A DNA stretch of 32,539 bases, taken from Asterionella formosa (lineage: Eukaryota). This document shows positions 22,405-32,539 of the stretch, in pieces. The stretch is from NCBI GenBank assembly GCA_002256025.1, contig NKIB01000445.1, forward strand, positions 1 through 32,539. The letters are read 5' to 3'. Each line of letters opens with the position of its first letter. The stretch's first letter is position 1. The position numbers were made by a program, and so were the translations under genes. The notes beneath the pieces are model-generated. The model worked only from the letters and a program-made list of their open reading frames with translations, had not been told where the DNA came from and did no database searches.

Positions 22405-22740
22405 ATAAATTAGTTGAATGAACTTCAGATAAATCGTTTAAAAAGCTTCAGATAATTATTCGAACAATCTTCAGATAGTAATTAGTTGAATGATCATCAG
22501 TTAATTAATTGGACGAGCTTCAGATAATTAATTGAACAACCTTCAAAAAATTAGTTCAATTGTTCAATTATCTTTACATGAACTAAATTATAGAATTACG
22601 TGAACAAAATTAATATGTTACATTAACTAGATTATAGAATTACATGAGCAGAATTCATACATTGCATCAACTAAATTATAGAATTACATGAAAGAAATTT
22701 TGGAATTACGTGAACGAAATTAAAAGGTTAGATAAACTAA
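22405..22740. repeat. AT-rich degenerate minisatellite arrays (~22-26-bp and ~44-bp units)
   Basis: cttcagataattanttgaa-like units recur over 22405-22560, then aacta(a/g)attatagaattac(g/a)tga units recur from ~22580. Confidence 0.75.
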
Positions 22741-22886
22741 ATACAAAATTACGTTAAGTACTTCAAATAATTACGTTAACATCGTATGCGAATAAAATTT
22801 CTGTTAGAACTAACGTTTTACTCAGCATATGTTCGAAAAGTAATTGACTAAGATTAATTTTTGTTAAATTAGAATAAATTTTATAC

Positions 22887-23110
22887 ATCAATAACTTTTT
22901 CTGTTGAATAAATTAAATTTATATCTCAGGTTATGACTCTACACATATCACGTTATGTGTATGTAAAAACTTATCGAAATTATATACCAAAGTTATTGAT
23001 TAAGCAAAATTGTTGTTGCATCGGAAATACTTTTGAAATATCAATAACATTTTATGTTCAATCAATTGAATTTATTTCTCAGGTTATGACATTACACTTA
23101 TCACCTTACG
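22887..23110. repeat. ~70-bp direct repeat, ~153-bp period
   Basis: atcaataac.tttt.tgtt.aat.aatt.aatttat.tctcaggttatgac..tacac.tatcac.tta at 22887 and 23040. Confidence 0.8.
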
Positions 23111-23277
23111 CGCGTGTAAGAACTTGTACTAGATGATTACATATTTTGTTCATCGGTTCTTTGTTGCCATTTCGATTTGATCACTCTACATGCTTTGATG
23201 CATTTCATGTAATGGCACTCCCCTCTCCTCTCTCCATTTGCATAACGGCAATCGAGTTTCTTCTCTTTTACCAAGCC

Positions 23278-23783
23278 ATGTGCGCTCGTCCTAGAGTCCC
23301 TCACGAGCTACCTTCCCGAAGGCAAGACGAAGATCTTAGTCTTGTAACAAATGACATGGTTTCGACACTGAACGGAAATTATGCCGGCGACGTCGGATTG
23401 TTTGTTTGTTACACAAAAGCAAAAGCTTTGTTCAGTTTATACGTTGGAGAACAATCCATTGAAGGTCATGCCCGCTTACCATCCGATTCAAGAAGATTAT
23501 TCCTTTTGATCATAATTCGCCTACTGCGGATAAAGGTTCATATTTTGAATCTGTTCTTCAAGATGAGGTGTAGATCATAGTGAAGATGGACCAGATGGCG
23601 GCATAGTTTGTTGCTTGTGGTCTTAATCATGAGTCTTCCATTCTCATTGACTATTGGAGAGAACGTTCATATGCTGCCGACTTGGAGTACATCACACATC
23701 AGGAAGTAGCTGCATCACTTCTACAGAATCAATCAGGAAATAGCAGCTTTGCTCGAAATGACAAGAATCACACCTTTTATTAG
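23278..23783 (+). pseudogene. Pseudogenised paralog of the KOW-like ORF at 6730-7236
   Basis: DEDLSLVTNDMVSTLNGNYAGDVGLFVCYTKAK, a frameshift near 23480, then FKKIIPFD...YFESVLQDEV*IIVKMDQMAA*FVACGLNHESSILIDYWRERSYAADLE. This aligns end to end with DEKLSLVRSDLISVLKGNYAGEVGQFVCYTKAK...FFDSILEEEAWIKIKIDQIAAQFVASGLNHESPILLNVFRDRMYAAQLE. Confidence 0.9.
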
Positions 23784-26700
23784 TTTTGTTCTACCCCACT
23801 ATTTTTATAAATCTCCTTTATTGGCAACATTACTTATGTCATACTGTATGTCGTAACTTCATTGTCATACTGGTATATGTTTACACTATATATATATCTA
23901 TATATATATATAACGTGGTGTATATCTAGTGTATTACATCCCACACATAGGTACCGGTTTGTATATATATAAATTATATAAATGTAACATGATTATTCAT
24001 TCCATAGAGCAATGGCTTACAGAAACAACGGAAGTCAAAATGACTCCAATGATTTTGATGAACTTCTCCGTTATTGGGGAGTTTCTAATGATCCCTGTAC
24101 ATTTACCAATATTGTTAGTACCGGTATTGACACAGAGGAAAAGAGGAATAAGCTCCTTGGTTCCATTTCGGCCACATTTGGGAAGCATTCTTTCCTGGCC
24201 AGCCGATGGGATTAGTCATTCTTGTCATTCCAAGTAAAGATCATCGACGTCATGTGGTCTCTGTGTCTACATATACACAGTCTATTGACGACGAAAGAAT
24301 TGGAAATAAAGATTGTCGTGCTTGTGTCATAGATCTTGTTACTACCTACTGAATCTCAAGACTTCAAGGACTGGAATACTGAACATCCTCATCTGTCTAA
24401 CTGTTACTCCCTCCAACCCACCATTGAATTCCTTATTGTGATTTATTTACAATCACAACATCATCAACATTATGTTCTACATTGTTTTGATTTAAATGAA
24501 GGCATAGCTAGCGATCCTGAACATGGAGTGAGTTTGAAAAGTCATTTGAAATGCATTCACGAGATTACACTTACATACCGAATTTGCCCAGGGTTAGATA
24601 TCAATCAAGAAATTACAACATCAAAAACTATGGTCAAGTTGAAAACAGAGTTCGAAAAATGGATATCAGGCAGGAAGAAGACCAGATCATTATGTCGGGA
24701 GAGATTTTTGAAAAGATTGGGTGAGAAACTAAGTATCCAAGGTTTTTTCTGAAGGTGAATCTTAATTTAAGATGGCCGCTGGATGTCGAGCTAACAAAGC
24801 ACCTCTGAAATGTTTTATGGCCGAAGATACTGATTCAATGATCTATTAACCGACCAAGGAGAGTGGTTGGTCATGTCGTACAGGTCACTATGATAATTAT
24901 AACATGAATAGAGTACATGTCGTTTCATGTAGCTAAATTCTACGGTTATTGCAATTACATGGACCATTCCGCCGGATGTTTAACAGTTCCAATCCTCAAA
25001 ACGAGCATACCGTTGTTTTCTTCCTCCTTCCTGCCATCATCGCCACTTTCACAGTTGCGCATTCCATGATCGAAGGCAAGTGACCGTTCGCTGTTCTACT
25101 GTTATATCCTACTTTTTATCTATGTAGAGAATGTATGGTTCGAAGAAAAAGGTCCTCATGCATCTGAATTTTGCTCGAGATGGCCACAAGAGAAAATCGA
25201 AAAAGCCCGAAAAAGGTTTTTGAAATGTAGTTCCCAATTCTAAATTATTTGCATATAAATTATACCTGGATCTGTAGCTAAGCAAAAGGCACACATTAGG
25301 TTTTTCCTACCACATCGACCAAATCCTAAAATAGACAAATCTCGCGCCCAACCTTTAGCAAATAGAAATAGAGCTAGAGTGTGGTTACATGTGTATCGTT
25401 GTTTATATGATGGGTACTACATCTTTACCAGTATTTCGGTACACAAAATGAAAAACTGAGCAATGATAGTGACTCATCAGATGATGATCACATCTACCAT
25501 TTCCGCAAGATGTATTGTCAACTAACAAGTGACAATTCAAAACAAAGTCATAATTTATTATAATTTGCTTTATATATGTATGGATAACTATGAAAAAAAG
25601 TATAAAAAGATATATTACAGTAAAAAATATCGCTAATAGTACGCTTTTTTTGAGACTCGAATAATGGAGTTTGTGGAGTTGCACTAGAGACAAAATGGGC
25701 CCCAAAGGAATGATGAGTGAGGGCGAGTCTATTGAATGAATTTTAGGGGTTGCAGACTAGAAAACAAATGTAGTGATGGTAAGCAAGGGCAAGGAGCCCA
25801 CATAAGGCTCTTAGAGTGTGTGTAGACCAGCCAGTATGGATAGGAACTGGTGGAAGAGAGGAAGGTCAATCAAGAAGTAGAGAGGAAGTATGGAAAATGC
25901 ATGGCTATTTAGGGAGATTAGTTTGAAATTAGAGTTGTAATTTGAAGAATCAATTGAAGTGGGAGCCTGATGAAGACATAAGATGAGAGTAAGAGAAGGG
26001 TCTTGAGAGACACAGAAAGAATGTGGCAAAATATATTGCCATTTCGGTGGTGAATTTAAATTTGAATTTTCAATACTGGCAAGAGGCGATTGCTAGGATG
26101 AAATGTATTGCAGAAGGGTGTTGAGGGCTGAGAGGAGTGCTGCTATTGCTTTGGGGTGGTTGATGCCAAGGTATGATAACAGTGAGCTTCTTTGTAGCAG
26201 TTGTGTCAAGGGAGTTGGCGGAGGTGTCATTTGGAATTGAGGGATGAGCTTTTTGTTTTTGTGGACCAAAGTAGCAAATGTGAATGTTTGAATGTGTGAA
26301 GGGGGTCAAGGGTGGTGGTCGGAGGGTCAGAGGGGCAAGATACTAGAGTAAAAGAGTTAACATTCAGTGGGATTTTGCACCCAACAAGTAGGGCTTTATG
26401 GTTTCGAACGAAGTTCTTGCAAATGTAGACTTGGAGGATTTGCATGGGGGGTGAACAGGAGTGAATGAGACAGTGTCAGCCATAGGAATATGAGGAGGAT
26501 CATGAGTGGGAGGAGCAGCATGGGCTGAAAGCACCATGGTCAAGGGTGATCAAAGCAGCAGCAGTGCCGTGTAGCAGAGTAGTACGGTATAATTGATCGA
26601 GGGCAAGTAACCCGGAAAATTCAATGGTACATACCGGTAGACACAATAAATAGATTCAGTATAATGCATAATTGATACATGCTCTGCCCATCCTCAGCAC

Positions 26701-26821
26701 TTCTCCCATCGATTATTGCATGCTCTATTTCCGATCCTTGATGCATTGTTTATGAATGTCCTGTTTTGTTTGCCCGTTACGCTTCTTGCTTCCGACGTTG
26801 TGATTCGTTTCCATTGTGGAG

Positions 26822-29542
26822 ATGGAGTTGATCCAGGAAGAAGTAGAGATGAGCAATGAAACGAATGAAGCCCCGCATTTTTGTGTGCGTGCATTGCAAG
26901 GAATTGATTCAGAAATGCCGCTTGACGCTATGATTGAATCGCCTCTTGTAGGTACAGACCCACTGACGAGCGAGGTGGCAATCAAAACAGACATTAATAC
27001 GACAATGGAAGCTCCAACTTCTGAGTCTGAGTCAGTTCCTCCTGCGCCTGAAACATCACAAGACGACACCGGAAAGGAGGTCACAACTGCATCGCCGGCT
27101 CCCAGCCAAACAGTCGGTGATATCCCATCAGCTTCAAGCGAAGTGCCCTCCTTGCACGGAACGGAAGCAAGCATGGTGGGAGCCGAAATTGTCTTTTCCA
27201 ACAATTCATTGGATCCTCCCATCGACGTGATGACCAACCTCAAGTGGCTATCGACCAACGGTGTTCGTAAAGTCAGGTTTTGCGGAAACGTGAATAGACT
27301 AGCTATGGAGAAAACGGGAATTTTTGGTCTTAGGACCACGGAAGTTTACAATGCAAGGAAACTGTGCATTTATGAGTACCCTAGCTTGATTCTGATTCTT
27401 CGGGCACCGCAAGATGCGGTTGAACTGCGGACGCTTCTGGATGTTCCGCAAGCGACAGATGTTGGGGCCATCTCCTCGTATTTGGTGGCTGAGACGGTCG
27501 TGGATCCAAAAGCTTGCAAGCTGCGCTTGTCGACACTCACTACGGTCACCTCAATTGAGAATTCGGCTGTCGATCCTCGCCGACGAACTTGCTTTGAGCT
27601 AGTCACGCCTACTGATAGAATTGTGCTTTCATGTATTCCTTCTACTCAAAATCACATGTCCTACATCAACAGCATGGCGTTTCTCGAGACGAAGAAAATG
27701 GAATTGGCGGTTGGAGATGCGCTGTATGATGCTCATTGTCCAGTAGATGGAGAAGTAGATGTCACGCTGAAACACCAGCTGATCCTCGGGACTTTACACT
27801 CATATGTAATCTCCGGAAGCCAGAGCCTCTTGGATCAAGCCATTCGTGCCGCTGCACCTACCGGAAAGCGTGTCCCAAGTCATGTTATCGACTGCACGGA
27901 TGAGAGTGGACGAACGGCTTTACACTATGCATGTGCCCGTCGGAATGCCGCTGCAGTTTCAGCCCTCATTGGGGCAGGATGCGATGCGACGATTTGCTTA
28001 AACGGAGCGGCAACGCCATGCCATTTGAGTGCCGCTATGTTGGATGCGAAGTCGTTGTCGACGATTTTGTCAGCTACATTTCCTAGACGACCAGATCCGA
28101 ATGCTTTGGATGACCATGGGCGAACACCAATGTATGTGGCAATCGTCGAGGGTTGCAAAGTAGACAAATATTGTGATGCAGCGCTTGGTCGTTGTTTGCA
28201 GGCACTCGAAGCCTGGGATGGTCAAATATTAGTGAAGGGTACCGCTAGTCGGCTCCCGCATCCAGTGGTACTCTTGGCATCTGAGTGGCGATGTGGATGT
28301 ATCGCTGCCGTCTTGGGTCATGTACCATTCAGGTATCCATTGCCTGTCCCAGGAATATCCGTCGGAGCGCTATACCATTATCCTATTCATACCGCCATTG
28401 TATCACTCCGACAAAAAATCCTATCAATTACTCCTGGAGACAAGACATTTCGAATCTCGGATCCTGAAAAACAAAATTTGATCCGTACATTGAGTATATT
28501 CCTAGAGCATGGCTTTGAGCCTAATGAACGCATAGAAGGTTCACTACAGTCCTTGAATGATGATGAGAATCTTTCACAGTTTTTTGGATTTTCGCCTATT
28601 CAAATATTGGCAGCGGCTGCTCTCGATCTTGTACGGCTCAAATCAACCAAGATTGGAACTGGTGTCGAAGACAATGTAGCCAATGTAATTGCTGCGTGTG
28701 TAGATAGATTGCTAAGGAGCGGCGCTCGACTAAATTTAGATCCACCGCCCCTGGTTCGGCTATCAAGACCTTCACCTTTGCCACTCATCCCAGACAAGGT
28801 CGGTGCTTTATGCAACATTGATAGAACCACTCTAAAGATTGAGTCCAGCAAGGACATTTTGAATATCTTTGGAGGCGACATCCGTCTCAAGCCGGCCAAG
28901 AAGCAGTGGACAGAAAAGAAAACTGTCACTAGTATCGGCAAGACATTTATTCAGCAAGATATCAAAAAGAAAGAAACTTCAGATTCGGAGGCTCCGGGGG
29001 GAAGTGACGAAAAATCTTGCGCAATTTGTTGGGCCTCGTTTGGCCTGATTGTGCTCCGAAAGCATAGGTGTCGAGTGACACAACGCTATGTCTGCGAAGA
29101 CTGCTCCACTAAACGAATAGGAGAAGGTAAGGAGGAACACCGGCTCAGTGATGGGCAATTTTTGCTAGCTCAGGCAGATGAAGTCAAGCAAAGAGACGAG
29201 AAAATGAAGGATCAAGCCGAACAGGTGCGCGAGCGACAAGCGCAACTGTTAGATCGTCAAATGAAACGTCAAGCACGAAAAGAAGAAGAGAACGCCAAGA
29301 AAGATTCGATATTTGGTGGAATGATGGAACAATTTGGGTTTGGCGAAGAAGAAGACAATGAAATGGATAACGTCAACAGTCTTCAAAACACTCTAGGTCA
29401 GACCAGAGATGCACTGAATGAACGGGGGGACAAGCTGAATTCGCTCAGTGACAAAACCGAGAAACTAATGGAATCAAGCAATGAATTTGAACGAATGGCA
29501 AGGGAACTGGAGAGGTCACAAAAGGGTGGATTTTTCTGGTAG
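26822..29542 (+). CDS. Ankyrin-repeat, FYVE-like and C-terminal soluble R-SNARE (tomosyn/amisyn-type) protein with a probable PH-like N-terminal domain
   Basis: 2.7-kb open frame. Ankyrin repeats DESGRTALHYAC, GATPCHLSA and DDHGRTPMYVAI. FYVE-like CAICWASFGLIVLRKHRCRVTQRYVCEDCS, then a coiled coil. R-SNARE motif TRDALNERGDKLNSLSDKTEKLMESSNEFERMAREL with no TM anchor. First ATG at 26822 (alternative 26849). Confidence 0.92.
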   Translation: MELIQEEVEMSNETNEAPHFCVRALQGIDSEMPLDAMIESPLVGTDPLTSEVAIKTDINTTMEAPTSESESVPPAPETSQDDTGKEVTTASPAPSQTVGDIPSASSEVPSLHGTEASMVGAEIVFSNNSLDPPIDVMTNLKWLSTNGVRKVRFCGNVNRLAMEKTGIFGLRTTEVYNARKLCIYEYPSLILILRAPQDAVELRTLLDVPQATDVGAISSYLVAETVVDPKACKLRLSTLTTVTSIENSAVDPRRRTCFELVTPTDRIVLSCIPSTQNHMSYINSMAFLETKKMELAVGDALYDAHCPVDGEVDVTLKHQLILGTLHSYVISGSQSLLDQAIRAAAPTGKRVPSHVIDCTDESGRTALHYACARRNAAAVSALIGAGCDATICLNGAATPCHLSAAMLDAKSLSTILSATFPRRPDPNALDDHGRTPMYVAIVEGCKVDKYCDAALGRCLQALEAWDGQILVKGTASRLPHPVVLLASEWRCGCIAAVLGHVPFRYPLPVPGISVGALYHYPIHTAIVSLRQKILSITPGDKTFRISDPEKQNLIRTLSIFLEHGFEPNERIEGSLQSLNDDENLSQFFGFSPIQILAAAALDLVRLKSTKIGTGVEDNVANVIAACVDRLLRSGARLNLDPPPLVRLSRPSPLPLIPDKVGALCNIDRTTLKIESSKDILNIFGGDIRLKPAKKQWTEKKTVTSIGKTFIQQDIKKKETSDSEAPGGSDEKSCAICWASFGLIVLRKHRCRVTQRYVCEDCSTKRIGEGKEEHRLSDGQFLLAQADEVKQRDEKMKDQAEQVRERQAQLLDRQMKRQARKEEENAKKDSIFGGMMEQFGFGEEEDNEMDNVNSLQNTLGQTRDALNERGDKLNSLSDKTEKLMESSNEFERMARELERSQKGGFFW

Positions 29543-30275
29543 ATGTCTACTTTAATATCTTTCGCTCTGAACTTTGTTTGGTAAATGCAGCCTTATTTTT
29601 CAACCTGCAAACTAAGTTGTTACTGGGAGAATTTATCATGGTTCGCTTAGGCAGACTGCAGTGCAGTTTCAGCTTTCGTAATTTACATGACTTTCCAGGC
29701 CTACTCCGAAATACAGAGGAGTTAAGTCCACCTGGAGATTGGTTAACACCTGGTCGTAGTCTCAATTTGTTGGGTTCGGTAGTTCCAGGATCACTATTTA
29801 AAGAAGCTTGCATTTCCAATTATTTTACTGTTTAGGTCCACATGCATTTGCACCTCTTCACTATGATGCTCCCTCTGTGTTGGTATTCATAGCTGCAACA
29901 AGAAATGAGGTGTGCCCTTTCATAAAGCAAAAGCTCCAATAAATATCTGGCTAAGGCCCCTCCTATTTAAAATTTATTCTGAATCGAATTGTATTTATAT
30001 TATATGTTCTGAATGTTCTCGTATAACTCCAATTATAACATTTCCATTTTTGGAAAGTGATTTACACAAAATGATGTCAAGCAATAGAAATGGTTCCTAA
30101 CCTCCAAACTTTCACTGTCACTTTGATCACAATAATGATTTAGGTAGTTCCAAAAGGATTCAGTGCTTGTTCCTATTGGAACACAACAAAAAGTGTGTTA
30201 TAAGCAGGGAATATTGATACTATACTTTCAATTGCCTTGTTTGCTTGAAAGGAATTTTCCTTAACAGACATCGAA

Positions 30276-30340
30276 TTACCAATACCTCCTTGGGTGATTT
30301 GAGCAGCCCTGAAACAAGGTGACCGGCTGCAGCGAACCAA
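30276..30340 (-). pseudogene. Duplicated fragment of the LHC C-terminal coding sequence
   Basis: WFAAAG...(frameshift)FQGCSNHP parallels LFAAADLVVQGCSTHP at 30425-30470. Confidence 0.7.
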
Positions 30341-30419
30341 GGCCTTTTTTCATACAAAACCTTAATTTTTCCTTTAAAAAATTGTCCTTAAGGGCGGGCA
30401 GACATATAAATACCAATTC

Positions 30420-31062
30420 TGGCTTGGGTGAGTTGAACAGCCCTGAACAACGAGATCGGCAGCAGCAAATAGAGCAAGGTTTTGGTTGGCAACTTCTTGA
30501 GCCTGCAGATGAGCAAATGATGCAGGAGTCCCTTTTCGAATCCAAGAGGATGTAACCCAAAGTCATCAGAGAGAGCAAGTTCATTTCCAGTGATGGCAGA
30601 AATTCCTCCAACAATTTCATTATGCATAATGATGATGAGAGCAAAGCATTGTATTGTAGGTGGTCACCACAAAGCTGCCAGATAGCATTCATCTAGCACT
30701 TCGCAGTGGCCATTTCTCATCCAGGGACAGGTCCGAAACGCTCAACCTAGACAATTTCGGGAACGGCAAGCATGACAACACGGCAATGCTTAATCTCGGC
30801 CTCACAAATCCAGTTAAGATAAATTCCAATCTCGTCCATGCTGGAAAGGCCAGGAGGATCAAAACCAACATCACCCGCCATGGATTGAAAACTGAGAGGA
30901 GATCGGCTCATGAAGGGGGGGGCCTTGCTCATCTTGGAGTTAAATGCAACATTGCGGCTGGACCCTAAGAGACGGGGCGTGCGCAGAGGATGGGAGAAAA
31001 GGAGGCAGGCAGATGCAAAATCAAATGATTTCAAGAACAGCAACAATATTAAATGGAATCAT
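30420..31062 (-). pseudogene. Light-harvesting complex (fucoxanthin-chlorophyll a/c binding, Lhcr-like) pseudogene
   Basis: Decayed signal peptide with ASA(C). MSKAPPF...SMAGDVGFDPPGLS...WICEAEIKHCRVVMLA (helix 1), DFGLHPLGF, and LQAQEVANQNLALFAAA..VQG (helix 3). Several in-frame stops, frameshifts and mutated conserved residues. Confidence 0.88.
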
Positions 31063-31304
31063 AATTACAATGAGCATACTGTTGAAATCGCATTTTCTGC
31101 TACAACACCTCTGTGTCAATCAGATAAGAACAGATCTAGCTTGAAACGGTGACAGGGTGATCTAAAATGTTTGTAAACTGGAAAATTAAAATAAAGTGAG
31201 TTATTTTTCTTCTTCCTTGCTTCTTGCTTCAACTGTGACCCACCTGTCATTCTCCTATAATCATTTTGTCTTGTCACCTAACTCTTTTGTCCTACTATCT
31301 ACTT

Positions 31305-31510
31305 GGGAGAATTGCTTAGTGGCTAGCACACCTTCTGCAGTGGCCGATTTGGTTTCTGAATTCTCCACCTGTCTTTTTCATGTAATCCCTAGGGTTCCAG
31401 GGGGTGCGACTGGCGAAAAGACAGATCCCGTTGTACCGTACAGACGAATAAAACCGGTTCTATTAGTGTCCATTTCATTTGAGCCCGAGTGCAATAATTT
31501 CATATCCTTT
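31305..31510 (+). mobile_element. tRNA-derived SINE, copy D
   Basis: gggagaattgcttagtggctagcacaccttctg...attctccacctgtc...tccctagggttccagggggtgcgactggcgaaaagacagatccc...aaaaccggttctattagtgtcc is collinear with copy A. Confidence 0.82.
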
Positions 31511-32539
31511 TGTTTCCATGAAATATCGTGTCCATAGGATTTGCGTCATGCCATTATTTACGCTGACTAACTCTCCCTCAGTCGAGCTCTTGTTGTTTAT
31601 CTTCTGTCAGACAGATGTTCCATAAATCACTCCTGGACTGAGCATCATTGCTCCCCCCCTCCTTCCTCCTTTAATACTGGGCACATAGTAAGATTCCAAG
31701 GAAGCAGTTTAAAGTGACCCCCAAAGGTACTCCATTGATAGACACAAATTTTTAAAAGTCATTACATTTACTGGTATGTTTGTATTTAAGTATACGTGTA
31801 TGAATTTATTTATGTACGTATCTATGTATTCATATATGTATGTATACATCTTCTTGGCGGAGCATGATGTTTGCCCCTGGTCATTCCGGGTATTTACTAC
31901 AGCCGTTTGCAAATCGTCTGTACATTGTTAAGGAGTACCCTGGTACCGTCAGTGGTACAAGCTAATTTGAAGATTTCTGGAATAAGAAGTCTTGACACTC
32001 AGATTGGGGGGAAAAAGCCCAATCGAAAGCCTCCCAATCCTACATAGAGCCGCTAATCCAACCCCCCCCCCAATCGTATCGGTAGCAAGGTTCGGAAACC
32101 TGGTTTTTCCCGAAAAGCATTCTTTAAAATTAGATTTTGATGAAATTGAATTTAATGGGCCAGCGCGAAACTGTTAGGAATTTCTAAATGTCGATTCAAT
32201 GTACTGCTGGAGGATTCGAATTTGAGTGCCTGCCGGCGCCAAATTTCAGTGTCGGCAAAATGACCGCAACTTGCAGGTACCGTCGTCATTTTTTTGGTTG
32301 CTGTGGTCGCTACCAACTGACGATACCGGTAATACTTGGTTGTCCACAGCAAATCCTCTCGAATCTAAGACCGCTACCTGGTAATACCGATCACGAAGTC
32401 AAAAATCGATCGACCGATTTCGTTGAAATATACTGGACTAGTTAAGGTTGACCATCAATTTTCCCGTCCCATCCCTTCCTGTATTGTTCCTTGTCATTCA
32501 TTTTTGATGATATCACGTTTTGCTTCCCATTAACTCAAG

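Noticed and set aside
22405..22740. CRISPR-like array
   Set aside because: Units are degenerate and contiguous with no unique spacers, there are no cas genes, and the context is eukaryotic.
26725..27339. 204-aa minus-strand ORF and other short ORFs overlapping the 908-aa frame
   Set aside because: Antisense shadows of a well-supported gene, with no motifs.
29547..29835. Overlapping 85-90-aa ORFs after the ankyrin gene
   Set aside because: No recognisable motif or splice support.

Overview
Eukaryotic, TE-rich window, most likely from a diatom or related stramenopile alga (spliceosomal introns, an Lhcr-like light-harvesting pseudogene with an ASAF-like targeting motif). Host genes: a small 4-TM protein (1966-2466), a 3-exon MDR-family oxidoreductase (18966-20441) and an intronless ~906-aa PH-like/ankyrin/FYVE-like/R-SNARE protein (26822-29542). 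Most of the rest is decayed, nested mobile DNA. The main discovery is a 7.46-kb Mutator-like (MULE) element (6348-13808). It has inverted repeats and a 10-bp target-site duplication, and it is inserted into an RNase H-bearing non-LTR retrotransposon whose reading frame is restored when the element is removed. Its transposase appears split into two convergent genes: WRKY-like finger + first catalytic Asp on +, and CxxH + catalytic Glu + SWIM on -. It carries a 2OG-Fe(II) dioxygenase-like gene and a KOW-like ORF as cargo. Also present: a tRNA-derived SINE family (3 near-complete copies plus fragments), a TA-flanked MITE, a Plavaka-like transposase fragment and a pseudogenised second copy of the KOW-like ORF. 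All family assignments come from motifs recognised by eye; no database searches were run, and boundaries of decayed elements are approximate.
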